NCBI GenBank assembly: GCA_013265495.1
Contig: MU058009.1
Location: forward strand, 3,429,780 to 3,489,779
Length of the DNA stretch: 60,000 nucleotides
Source: Vicugna vicugna
Lineage: Eukaryota
Direction: 5' to 3'
Below the pieces are notes generated by a model. It was not told where the DNA came from, searched no databases, and was given only the letters and a program-made list of their open reading frames with translations. The number at the start of each line of letters is the position of its first letter. Position 1 is the stretch's first letter. Positions 1-12,010 of this stretch are shown here, one piece after another. A program made the translations under genes and the position numbers.

Positions 1-424
1 GAAGGAAGGGACGGCCCCGCCGACCCGTGTGGCCGGTGTGTAACCGCAGGTCTGTGTGGAGGTGCTCAGTGCGGGCTCTGCTGGGAGGAGGTCTTCCCAG
101 AGGCAAGCAGGGGGGCATCTCCCCGAGCCTCGGCCTGCACTCGTAGGACTGACTTAAGTAGAAGACGCTGTCCTTCCTTTACCAAAAGGACACACCCAAG
201 CCACTCAGTGTTGTCTCCCGAAGTAATGATGGCATTGCCAGCACCCAGCCACAAACCCTCTCACCCAGTCCCCACTGTGCTTAGTGGCCCAGGACTGAGT
301 GAAAGAAGAATGTTCCCCCACTGGTCCGCCTCACATTCTGAGTGACCCTCCGTGGAAGGGCTCTGCTGGGAGTGGGCCAGCCGGGCCGTCACCGGCCAGC
401 CTGCGCCAGGGGCTTACTGGGAGG

Positions 425-1023
425 TTTTTTAAATTGAGGTATAGTTGATTTACAGTGTTGTGCTAGTAGTTTCTCTGCATAGCATAGTGATTCAGTTATA
501 CATACATACATACATACATATATATATATATTCTTTTCCATTGTAGGCTCTGACAAGATATTGAATATAGCTCCCTGAGCTGTACAGTAAGACCTTGCTG
601 TTTATCTATTCTATATATAGTAGTTTTATATCTGCTAATCCCAAACTCCTAGTTTATCCCTTCCCACCCTCTTTCCCCTTTGGTAGCCATAAGTCTGTTT
701 TCTATGTCTGTGAGTCTGTTTTGTAGGTAAGTCCATTTGTGTCATTTTTTTTTTAGATTCCACACAGAAGTGATATCATATGTATTTTTCTCTTTCTGGC
801 TTACTTCACTTAGTGTGATCATCTCCAGACCCATCCATGTTGCTGCAAATGGCATTATTTTACTCTTTTTTATGGCTGAGTAGTATTCCATTGTATAAAT
901 ATACCACAGCTTCTTTATCCAGTCATCTGTCGATGGACATTCAGATGCTTCCATGTCTTGGCTGTTGTAAATAGTGCTGCTGTGAACAACAGAATGTGTG
1001 TGTCTTTTAGAGTTAGAGTTTTT
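425..1023 (-). mobile_element. 5'-truncated L1 (ORF2 C-terminus + 3'UTR), artiodactyl/camelid type
   Basis: T-run at 425 followed by the antisense L1 3' end (ttgaggtatagttgatttacagtgttg). The minus-strand translation CPSTDDWIKKLWYIYTMEYYSAIKKSKIMPFAATWMGLEMITLSEVSQKEK is the L1 ORF2 C-terminus. Confidence 0.95.
498..531. repeat. (TACA)n(TA)n microsatellite inside the L1 3'UTR
   Basis: Directly visible. Confidence 0.9.
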
Positions 1024-3705
1024 AACTCTATGCCAGGCCTGTGCTAGGCACTCCCTACCCTGATGCCATCCTTGGTGACCGGGGATGAGGAGCTGCTGGT
1101 AGTAGCTGCAAAGAATGTGATCTGGTCCCATCTCCAAGGCGCTCAGGCAGGTGGGCAGGTGAGGGGGGAGGGGACAGATACACAAAATGACTGCCAGTAG
1201 CATCACACAGCAGGTGAGCCTTTGAACTGCTCCCGCCTCTGCTCTCCAGCACGGTATCACTACCCATCAGTGCACGTCAAGGTTCTCAGGGGCAGGTCCA
1301 AGATGTCCCTGCGTCCGCTGATCTCAGAGCCTTGTGCGTGTTAGGAGGAAGGACCAAGACCGTCAGCCCTTCGAGGAAGCAGTCTCTCCACTTGCTCTTT
1401 GTTGCAGAGAAAGCATCCTGGTTCTTCCCTTGGCACCTTAGGCTTATTGGTGGGAAAAACACTCACCGGGATGAAGACGTTGACTGAGAGGTGCGGATGG
1501 GAGGAGAGCAGGGGGCAGCCCCAGCAGGGAGGCAGCAGCTCGAGGGCAGTGGGCTTGGGGGGGCCAGGGTGGGATCTGCTCCGGGGGGAAGTGGAGGCAG
1601 AGGGCCGTCTGTGTGCGGAGTGGCTGGGAGCCAGGCCGGCACGGGGAATCTTCAAGGGGATAAATACTAAGAGACTTCCATCCCTTTGGGGATGCGTGCC
1701 AGGGAAAGAGGCCAAGATTCCGGGGAACACAGCCAGGACAGGGTTATTATAATCCCTAGGAGGATCCATTTGCCAGCAACGAGAGCAAAAGCAAGCCACA
1801 CCCTGAAATGGAGCCTGGCTGTTTCAGAGCAATTAGCCAGCGGTGCCTGCTGCTGTCTTTGGAGGAGCTCCAGAAGCCAGCAGGGCGGGCCAGGGGCAGG
1901 ATGCTGCGGCCTGCTTCCGGGAGATGACTCCATCCTGGTACCTCTGCACACCTGGCAGCTCAGGGGGAACGCAGCGCAGGGGCCCCTGTGCCCAGGCATC
2001 CACCCCTGCCCTCAGGACAACGCTGACCTATCACGGCCTCTGCACAGGGATGCTCCACGCTGCGGAGAGCTCGTGCAGGCTAGAACAGGCCAGGTTCTCT
2101 GCTCACACCAGCTGCTCTCAGCCTGGGACCCTTCAGGGAATTTTGCCCCGTCCGACCCTCGAAGGAAGCAGTGGCCATGCAGGCGACCCACCTCCCAGCC
2201 ATGCATGGGGGTGTGTGTGTGTGTTTACCCCCCCAGTCATGTTTGTCTGACAGCAAATCACCAGAAGTTATTTACAAAACCAGGAAAGGCTAAAGAGGTT
2301 TAGCCTTTAGGTCCTGCCCTACTGACGTTCATGTGCTGTAAAATATGGTTCCCCGCACGACCCCTTTAAGAAGAGCCAGTGAGATGTGGGTGTATTGGGG
2401 GTGAAGATGGGATGGGGGCACAAGTTGAATTTAAAGCCATCAAGTCACTGTTTAATACAGGACCCACCACTGCCCTTTTCTCTCCACACTGTTTTCTGAA
2501 AATGTTTCGGCTCTGGTCTTACTTCTGTGCCTTGGGGGTCCTTTCTGGCTTCCCGGGAGCTCAGAGTTCCTGGGAAGAGGTCTAGCCCATTTGCCGTGGT
2601 CTGGGGCCCTGCACAATCCTGGGTATGTCCTGTGTCCACTTCCCCGCCTGTCCCCTAAGCTCTCCTATGGGCGGCGACCACTTCCTGGAGATAAATCTAC
2701 TGGAGTAGAAAGGGATTAGCGTCATTGTGGTCAAATAAAACAGCCACAGACGTCCAAGGTTATGAAGCAAAAGAGGCCACGTACGTTTCCGTCAGCCTGC
2801 GCCACTGCCGCGGACACGGGAAGGGCTGGTGGGGAGGGAGGTGTCCCCTGGCCTGGGTGGACGAGGCCTGGGGAGGGCAGAGATGAGATGAACGGGGTGT
2901 GGACACGAGCTATGATAACCGCGTTCCGGGTTCTGGTCCTTTCTCCACTCCACCCCACCGCCAGCCACTTCCCCCAGACTGCTCAGGGCGGGTGCCGTGC
3001 TGGCCCTCGCTCCAGCCAAGAAGAGGTGTCCTCCTCCAGGCATTTGTGATAGGGTCCTTGGGGTGGGTCAGCATCTTACTGGCCTGAAGATGAACTCGAA
3101 TTGCCTTTTGAGGAATCACACCTCTGTGGACGTCTGCTGGGAGAAGACAGACCAGAGTCCCAGCCACAGCCCCAGGAAGCAGCCCCAGGAAGCTGTGCGG
3201 GTGCTGAGGAGCGGTAACGGACTATCACAACAGAGGAGTTTGCGTGGCTGATGCGCAGAGGGCTTCCCCACGGGAGGCCCCGCTAAAGCAGCGGCAGCTC
3301 CCCGAGACCCTCCCCCTCCCCGGGAGGGCAAGGGAGCCGGTGGCGCCTGCAGACCGAGCCTTCCGGCCCCCAGCCCGCAGCCTCCGTGGATGTCCGGTCT
3401 CTCTGAGGTTGGACGAGGAGAGAGACGTGGGAGAAGGGGGAGGAATGGCTTCGCTTCAAGTCGCTGTGACCCCCTAGAAGGCAGGAATGGACCCGCACAT
3501 CTGACCCTCAGGGGAAGCAGGAACTGCGTGGGTGACCCTCCTCCCAGGCACGGGTGGTTTTCTCACCTTCCCAGCCATGTTTCCCAAGGACTCACGTTAA
3601 CGAAGTCAGTATTGCCAGAGCAGCCCTCTTGTGGAAGGCCACCGCAGGGAAAGGCAGTTAGGGACTGAACCAGGTTTATTCCAAGGCCTAACAGAGGCAA
3701 GGCCT

Positions 3706-3721
3706 CTGCCCTCTGCTGGCC
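3706..3721 (-). promoter_or_regulatory. Candidate CTCF site
   Basis: Reverse complement GGCCAGCAGAGGGCAG fits the CCASYAGRKGGCRS core. Confidence 0.55.
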
Positions 3722-4039
3722 CTCCTTTCAAACTCCTTGGCCTCAGGACCAGGTCCGCATCCCGCCCCCCTCCCGGCTGAGATGCATGCCACCTGCGCTG
3801 GTTCTGTCTTGTGCACGAGGCTTGCTTCCCTGCTGGACCCCCGCCTCCTGGGTGCTCTGCTTTGTTCCCCAGTGTGGCCCAGGGCGGGGCCCCGAGGGGC
3901 CACAAGGCCGGGTAGCCCCGGCACAGGGGTGAGTAATGCCCTGGTCCTGCTCTCCTGCCCCAGGTGCTCCCCCACCCCCAGCACCCCTGGCATTTACAGC
4001 AGGGTGCAAAGGTGACAAAGGGTAGGGGTCTGGAAGGGA

Positions 4040-4480
4040 AGGCGAGCAGCCCGAGTCTCTGGCTAAAGACGGAAGAGCTTCTGTGCGCGTGCGCGTGCGC
4101 TCGCCAGGCTCCGCGCATCCGCGGTGGCTCAGCCGCCGGCTGGAGGACCGCGCCCCTCCCTGGGCGCTGCCCTTCACCTGCGCTGCGCTCCTCGCCGGAA
4201 TAGACTCAGAAGACGGCTCCGGGCTCAGGCCATGCTTGAGGTTGTGCACTGTCTCCTCCAAAGTCGCAGGGGAAGCCCAGCTGCGAGAGCCCCCGTGCGC
4301 CTTGGGAGAGCGCAGGCGGGCAGCGCAGAGGGTCGGAGACCCAGTCCCAGGCCAGAGAGGCGGGGGCAGGGGCCCTGGGGCAGGACGGGAGGGGCGCTCT
4401 GGAGGGCGGCAGGGCTCCCCACACCGCATCCGCCAGCTGGCAGGTGCCCCTGCTAACGAGAGGGAGCCCGCGGGCAGGCA
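4040..4480. promoter_or_regulatory. CpG island, candidate promoter
   Basis: Dense CpGs and very high GC. Overlapping NRF1-like TGCGCGTGCGC motifs at 4084-4100. The CpG-rich shore continues to about 5100. Confidence 0.6.
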
Positions 4481-4518
4481 CAGCTGAGCCGGGGCAGGCA
4501 CAGCTGAGCCGGGACAGG
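4472..4518 (+). repeat. 20-bp tandem duplication (gggcaggcacagctgagccg x2 plus partial)
   Basis: Exact copies at 4472-4491 and 4492-4511. Confidence 0.9.
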
Positions 4519-5213
4519 TGCTGACAGCCCGCAGGATGGCAGCCAGAGGTAAACAGGACTTGGAGAATTCAGGCGAGAGACTGGCACCCAACAAGGAGGC
4601 CTGTGGGCGGACGGGGAGCTGGTGGCCAAGCCAGGCCCGATCTGCCGGCCTGGCGGGGAGGCGGGGGTTCTGGCTGGCCCGGTGTGAGGCAGCTCCATCA
4701 GAACATCTTGATTTGCTGCTAATTGAGCAGCCTGACACGGCAAAACCAGGGGACCTGTTGCAGCTGAGACCAGAGACTCGCATCCCCCGGGCTCCCGGGC
4801 AGCAGAGGGAAGGCTCACGGCGCCAGGAGAGCGGGCTGGGCGGCCCCAGAGCCAGCCGCGTCGGGGCCTGGGGACCATCCGGAGGAAGGCCCGGCTCCAA
4901 GGCTCCGGTTCCCGCAGGAGCCCTCCAGCTGGCAGGGCGGGGATCTGAGCACGATGGTGGTGCTAGCCCAGGCCCCGTCGGTGGCTCGAACACACAGCCT
5001 CACATGCTGTCCTGCTTTGTCCTCCCACCCCGTGCATGAGGCGTGTGGCTCTATCGTACCCCGTGCTCGGGTGAGGGGACTCGGGGCTCGGGAAGTCTGC
5101 AGGAAACCAGGTGACAGCTGACACGCGGTACAGCTGGGGACCTGCACCATGGTTCTTGGCTCCAGAGTTGATCTGACTATCTCAGTGCAATTATAAGAAA
5201 CAAGAAAAGAAAG

Positions 5214-5775
5214 GTGTGTCCTCTGTGATTGGCTTACTTCACTCAGCACAACGTCCTCCAGGGTCACCCATGCTGTCTCATACGGCAGGATGGTTTTCCT
5301 GTTTAAGGCTGAATAATATTCCATTGTATATATAAGATTTTCTTTATACATCAGTTAATGGGTACATAGGTTGTTCCCACATCTTGGCTATTGCGGACCA
5401 GGCTGCAGTGAACATGGGGGTGCGGGTGTCCCTTCAAGATCCTGAACTCAATTCTTTTTGATAAATACCCAGAGGTGAGGTTGATGGATCATGTGCTAGT
5501 TTCACGATTCCACTTGTATGGAGTGTCTGAAGTAGTCCGTCTCACAGAAGCACAGGACGGAATGGTGGGTGCCTGGGCTGGGGTGGGGAGGCAAACGGAG
5601 TTACTTGTCAATGAGGGGAATGTGTCAGTTGTGCAAAGTGAGTACGTTCCAGAGCCCTGCCTGCGGACAACTTGTGCCTGCAGGTAGCAGGACCGCACGG
5701 TGCACTCTAGAGGGGAGGTCGCATGTGCAGTGCTCTTACCACAGTAAAAGAAAAATTTTTTTAAAAAGGAAAAAA
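5214..5775 (+). mobile_element. Old L1 (L1MA/MB-like) 3' end with 5' inversion
   Basis: 5214-5500 is antisense ORF2 end (YTMEYYSALNRKTILPYETAWVTLEDVVLSEVSQSQR on the minus strand). 5502-5775 is sense 3'UTR ending in an A-rich tail. Confidence 0.85.
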
Positions 5776-8184
5776 GTAAGGACTCCACCAGGACCCCATC
5801 TGTCATACCATTCAGGGGTTCCTTTAAAACTTTTTGATTCCAAATAGAAGTAGGGCAGGTTCGGGGGCACTGGACCATCTCGCACTCGCCTGACACTCCT
5901 CTGAGCAGCGCTCATGTGCCTCTCATCAACTTTGTCTTCACCACCACATCAGGCAGGTGTTTCTCCAGTTTTTCGGATGTAGGTAAACCGACGTTCGGGC
6001 GAAGAGGAGGCTCCCCGGGGATGGTGGCCGTGCCCACCTCGGGACACGAGCTCACCACGCACCATTTGGTGTCATTGGCAGAACCACCGTGGGGACGGGC
6101 ACTGATAGGAGCCGAGGCTTCTGCTCTGAAATCGGGACCCCACTGCCCAGCTTTGATTTGGCCAGTGTTGGTGAGTCTGTTCCAACCACCTGCCCATTTC
6201 TGTGGTGTCATCCTTCAGATCCATTTGTTCCATTCTTGGACGAATCCAGGGGCTTAGGCCAGTGTGAGGAGGCTCTGACGTGGCGGGAGGGAGGAGTGTT
6301 TAAGTGTCTCCGTCCCTCTCCCTTTGTGTCTAAGTGCTCCTCCCTCCTGCTGGCGCCGGGAGAGGGGAGACGGGCTCACACAGGTGAGGGAGTCTTCACG
6401 TGCACAGGACTGCATGGCCCTGCAGGTGAGAGAGCCCGCAGGAATGAAGGGAAAGGTCTGGAGTCTCACTTTTTTTTTTTTTAACGAAAGTGAAAAATCG
6501 ATCTATGACCTTAAAGAAGTTTATGAATTCCTAGCTCAGGAATCAATGCACATTGATTTTGGTGCCTCTGCACGGCTGTCCATGTACACTATCAAATGAT
6601 GAAAGCTGTATTTTGTTGGGCTTCGAATGGGGATAAGCAGGTGCCTTTCTACCAGATTGCCAAGAGTGGAAAAGGGGAGAAAAAAGTCCCTGCCATGTGT
6701 CTCCGCCCGGAGCCCCTGGCTGTGACTGCCGGGTCCCCACGCCGGCTCGGATCAGGCGGCAGCAGCACCGATTCCCGAACGTGCCCCCTCCCCTAGTCCT
6801 CTTCCTCATGCCCCTTCCTGGGCGGCTCCATGCCTTTCCCCCAAACCTGCCTTTCCCGAGGTGGCTTTCAACCGTAAGATTTATGGGGTGAAGGATGCTA
6901 AGCAAAAGGAAGTTGGGAGCAGGGCAGACAAGCGCAGAAGGTGTAACGTAAAAGTGACTTGGTAATTTACACTTGCACCACGCATCCCATTGAAAGAAAG
7001 CTTCCCCATACGTTGTGCCGTCTGTTCACCATCACACCCCTGGTTGTGGGTCAGAGTGTGTATCACTGTCCTCAGTCCACAAGAAAGGGAGTGGACACTA
7101 AGAACGCTTGTGACTTAATGAAGACCATGTAGCTGCTGTCTAAGCCAGCCAGCACTGACACAGGTCTCTGCCCCTGCCCCCCTGCCCATCTCACACTGAG
7201 ATGCCTCCTCTGCTGTCCGGAGGAGGGGCAGCTGTGCTGCGATGTGACCTGTGGGCTACGGAGACTGACCTGTGCACACGCCAAGCATGCGAAGGAGGCG
7301 ATGCAACTGAGCCAGCAGAAGAATACACACACCTGCCTGGGGGCACAGAGGTGGGGGATCTGGGCAAGGAAAGAGACATGTGAAGGCGGGGCCTGGGGTC
7401 CTCCTGGGCCACCAGCTTCAGGACTCCCGACCGGAGCAGGCAGCCTAGTGGCTGGGATGCCACCTTCATGGACCACGGCTGGTCCTTCAAAGCCGACTGT
7501 CCCCAGGCGATGTCTGTCCCCACCCCACGCTTCTGCTCCTAGTTTTCCTGGTGCAGGGGCCCGGGGCTCTCTCCCTGACCCTCCGCCTCTCCTCACTCAC
7601 CAGCTCTCATTTCTTAATTTTTCTCGAATCCACTTCTTTCAGTTCTCCTCTCTCCCTCCTGGTTCAGGCTCCCACAATTTCTTACAGAATCTCTTGGCGT
7701 TTCCTCCTCAGATATGTTCATTTATTTGATGTTTAAACCCCATCGTGGTGGAGACAGCCGCCCTCAGTATCAACTGTGATTTCTTCCCTTTCTCTCTCCC
7801 CTCCACTCCTCCCTAAAGAGACAGCTCACAAGCACTGGCCAGGACCACGGGTTCCAGCAGTAACTGGCAGGGTGGGGAGGTGGTCTACCCACTCTCCTGG
7901 AACTGTTGAAGGGCTCCCCAAACCCCGGCACAATCATGGGAGTCACTCAAAATGGTTGTGCTGAAATTTTTCTAGCAACCTAGTCACATCGGGAGCTTGA
8001 AAGAGAAATTAAGGTGAGTTATACAAAGATGTATTTCTTATATACACCTAAATTTGCAGACTGCGATTCACAGACACCAGCCCCATGTCTTGCCAATAAA
8101 TTTCAGAGACTTTCAAATCTCATTTTAAAACTAAGCAATGTTTCATGTCTCTCCCTCCAGCTCCCTCCCCCACCAACAGCTGCC

Positions 8185-8560
8185 TGAGTGACCTGGCTGG
8201 GATGTGCATCTGATCATTTTATTCCCAAATTTAAAACCCTCAGAGCCTCTGCACGCCACAGGATCAAGAATAAAGGTCGTCGTGGGGTCGTCTGTGATCT
8301 CCGCCCCCTGTCCCCCCGCCAGGTTCCTTCCTCTCTCTGCCCACCCCCGTGTTATGTTCTGGTCAGGCTAAGGGCTTGTGACTCCCCGCCCCTCCCGTTC
8401 GGTCTCATGCCCTGTCACCTTTACTCATGCCGTTCCCTCAGGTGACAGGTCTCCTCCCCCAGGTCCCTGACACCTGGGCAATCTCCACTCAACCCCAGAA
8501 GCCTTCTCCTCAGAGATCACGCCTTCCAGAAGGCCTTCTCTGACCCCCAGGCTGACCCCG
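8185..8560 (+). mobile_element. L2 remnant
   Basis: Degenerate L2 motifs (tctgatcat...ttaaaaccctc; ccttccagaaggccttctctgaccccc). Confidence 0.55.
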
Positions 8561-8681
8561 CAGTACCTTCCTGGAGACCCCTTCCCAGCAGTTTACAGGA
8601 GGCGAGGTCAGGATGCGCTGGGGCGGCAGCAGCAGGTGGGGCGGCAGCCTACAGGCAAACCCACCTGCTCCCTCCACCTCC

Positions 8682-8830
8682 TTTTTCTCTTCTTCCTTTT
8701 TTTAATTGTGGTGTAGTCAGTTTATGATGTTGTACAGCAACACGGGTGGACCTGGGGGGCGTCACACCAAGTGCAGAAAGCCAGAAAGAGAAAGACAAGC
8801 ACCATGTGACATGACTCATGGATGGAATCC
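8682..8830 (-). mobile_element. Very short L1 with inverted internal piece
   Basis: Antisense L1 tail at 8682-8733 joined to a sense ORF2-end fragment (cagcaacacgggtggacc...agaaagacaagcacc...ggaatc). Confidence 0.7.
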
Positions 8831-10329
8831 CTGCACGTCCCATCTCAGGGAGGGCACAGCCGGTGGAGCTGAATTTGAGGCCCCTCCTGGGGTCACTTCC
8901 ACGAGGTTTTCAGCACTGAAGTAAAATAAATCCTGGTGGCTTAAGAGAGTACGTGAAATGAAAGATCAAGAAGTAATAGTTTAACCAAAGTGACTTCTGC
9001 CACTAAAGGTCAATACTTTGGGAATAAAATTTTCTCTATTTCTTTGGGGCTTCTGGGCCCTTCTTCTCACTGAAGCCTAATCAGTCTAGGCTCCTAGAAC
9101 CTCAGAGAGGGACAGAGAGAGGAGACCCCCGCCCCCCACCTCTGTGCCCCCAGTGGGTGACAGGCTCTGGAGACAGGGGACGAGGGGACCCACAGGCTCC
9201 CGCCCGTGGCCGGGATGGTCCTGCACGGTCACCCAGCTCCCCGTCTTCTCCCTTAATCTCTTCTGCATTGCCGGTGCTTGCACATCGGGGAGGGAAGGCT
9301 CAAACTGGAAAATGTTGAGCAGATAATAATTAAGGACACTGATCAGGACCCACCAGCACCTTGGCTTTATTTGGAGGAATGGATCCATGGTGAACGTTGG
9401 AGATGGAGGCAGGGCAGCAGAGCAGAGGGGAGCCGGGGTGGAGGGAGGTGAAGTTAGCCTTAGAGCCCTCGTCTTGAGTCCTGCAGACAGAACCGCAAAT
9501 TATCAGCCCCTCGGCCAGAGGCCAGGCTTCTCTGGCACCTGCTGGGATGTCTCTTTCTTTCTGTTGTCCGTGCATGGTCTCTGCGTCTGTGGCTGACGTG
9601 TGCCGTGTTCACACACATACATACATGTGGGTGAAGAATCATGGAAATGAGGGGCGGTTGTGTTTCTGTCCTCCACTCTCATGGGTCTGTAGGTGTCGGT
9701 CTGGAAAGGAGCATCCGTTGGAGGTTGGAGGGTGCCTGCTCAGAACGGTGCAGGGCTTTCCAGTGCCCACTATGTACACAGAGAGCGGTAAGAGGCAGGA
9801 GGGGGCTCGAACCCAATCTGCAAAGCCAGTGGACTCGGACCCTCAATCAGAGCATCCCGTGGCAGAGGCTGGTCGGTACGCTTGCTGCGGAGACCCACCA
9901 GCTCTGTGGTCAGTAAACTGTCGTCCTTGAGCTGGAGGGGAGGAGGCGGTGGGGAAGGGCGAGGGAGCGCGCGGATGGTGGCAGGGGCAGGACAGAAGGC
10001 CCAGTAGTGGGGGGGGCGAGCCCAGCAAGACGGCAGGGCACCTTGCCTTATTTTGTGGAAGAAGAAATTCACTCAAAAACATCAGAAGGAGGAAAATAAA
10101 CAGCCTGGAGCCAGAACGCACCACCGCCTCACAGAGCAGTCATTTCATTACGACGGGAAGGCCGCTGCGAGAACGGCGGGGGTTCAATCACTCCAGTCCC
10201 ACGAGAGGCTGCCCCTGGGGGGATGGGTACCTCTGCTCGGGGGGGCCTTGCTTGTCGTCTGTATTCTGAGGAGGGCGGTCACAGGACAGCGGGAGAGCGG
10301 AGCTCCAGGGAACAAGGGTGGAGCCAGAC

Positions 10330-10554
10330 AACAGCTTCCCAGCCGCCGTGCTGTTGGCATTTGGGGCCGGCAGCTCTTTGCTGGGGGGCATGTCCAGCGC
10401 ATTGTAGGACACTGAACAGAATCCTTGGTCTCTACCTACTAGGTGTCAGTCGCATCCTCCCCTCCTCCCCACACCCACTTGTGACGACCCAGAACGTCTC
10501 CAGATACCACCAGACACCCTCTGAGGACAGAATCAGCCTGGGCTAGAAGCCCTG
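10330..10554 (-). mobile_element. MER20 (hAT-Charlie MITE)
   Basis: Colinear with the reverse complement of the recalled MER20 consensus (gcattgtagga...ctctacctactag...ttgtgac...gtctccaga). Confidence 0.85.
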
Positions 10555-11329
10555 ATTCTGTGCTGGGCACTTGCCCCACCTTGTCTCCCATAATTCTCAC
10601 CACAAACAGGACTTCCTCCCTCATTTGAGATAGGAAGCCAGGCTGGGACTAGATCCTGGAGCTTTGACTCCAAGCTCTGGGGTCTCTGTTCCAACACCTC
10701 CCACTGGAGGGGGTCTGTTCCTCACCCCCTGACGGTGGACAGACTCTGTGCTTGGGGAAACGGGGGGTGGGGGCTAAGAGTAACACCCTTCTACGGTCCA
10801 TTGACCTTGGATGTGACTTTATGAACATCTGAAGGACGTGAGTCCCTCTCTTCCCTTCTTAACTCCAGCCACACCAGAGATTCCACGATCAGACAGCCCA
10901 TCCATCCTTCAGTTCAACTTAAATCTTGGTCTGCAGTGGGGAGGGGAGGAATGTAGAAGGAATAACATGTGAAGCCAATTGAAATCTCAGTGTGAATAAA
11001 TCCACCAGACCCAAACTCACTGGAAAGGAATGCCTTTCTCTCACAGCTCCTACTTAAGTCAGAAGCAGGAGACTTTGTAGGCGAAAGCAAAGGGGGTGTC
11101 TCTTCCCCCTTTATTAGGGACGTCAGGAAAAAAAAAAAACACTGTGTGCACCGGTCAGGCTTCCAGATGAGCTCGCTATTTTAATGCTTGTAGCCACGCT
11201 GTTATTCTGGTGCAATCAGCAGCGCCGCACGGTGACATCCTGTGGGCTCATCATCCATGAGGGAATCACAAACGAGAATCAAACACCTCTAAATGCTCAT
11301 CAGTGATGTTTATTGCTGTTTTTCAGTTT

Positions 11330-12010
11330 GGGGCCTTATCCAGTCTTCCCTGAAGCTTTTGAATGGTCCCTAAACAGGGCTTCCCGACTCCAGCCTTCAC
11401 CCTGTTTATCCAGTCTCTCTCCTCTATGTTTATGTGAGACTGATATTTCTATATTATAAAGCTGTCTCTCCTCTTTCAACGCTCCGAAGCCTCCCTCTCA
11501 AACCTCAGGATAAAATTTAAATTACTCGGCATGACTCACAAGAGGTTCCTAATGTGAGTTAGATCCATTGTTTGCCACTCCCACACTGAGCTTATATTTC
11601 AATCACACAGAATTGGTAGGAATTCTCCAAATGCTCCTGGTCTCTTCGTTTCTCTGTAAACCGCTCTACCTGCTGTACACTTTGCCTGAAACAGCTTTCC
11701 AGCCTTTCTCCAGCTGGCTAACTTCTTCTCGTTCTGGAAGGCTTAGCCCAAGGAGCTCTCCTTTCTAGAACTCTTCCTCAATGCCCTCCTCCTTTGTCCA
11801 CTGTTTGCCTTCCCCAGCGTCCCATGCAGCCTACCATGATTCCTTCCTCAGACCATCTGAAAGTCCCTTGCGTATTTCTCTGCCTCCTTCATCAGCCCAT
11901 GAGGGTTTCAAGGGCAGGGACTGTATCTTAGTCATGACTTTATCCTCAGTGCCTAGCACAATGCCTGATGCAGAGGACATGGAAGAAATACTTAGTAAAT
12001 GTTTATGAGA
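11330..12010 (+). mobile_element. L2 3' region
   Basis: Ends with the L2 terminus (agggcagggactgtatct...cagtgcctagcacaatgcctg...agtaaatgtttatga). Confidence 0.8.

Noticed and set aside
742..1260. 172-aa ORF with a real protein motif
   Set aside because: The motif is the L1 ORF2 C-terminus fused by chance to flanking DNA. It is not a host gene.
3743..4993. 416-aa minus-strand ORF, the longest in the window
   Set aside because: Pro/Ala/Arg/Gly-rich with no recognisable domain. It spans a CpG island where stop codons are rare and several overlapping frames are open.
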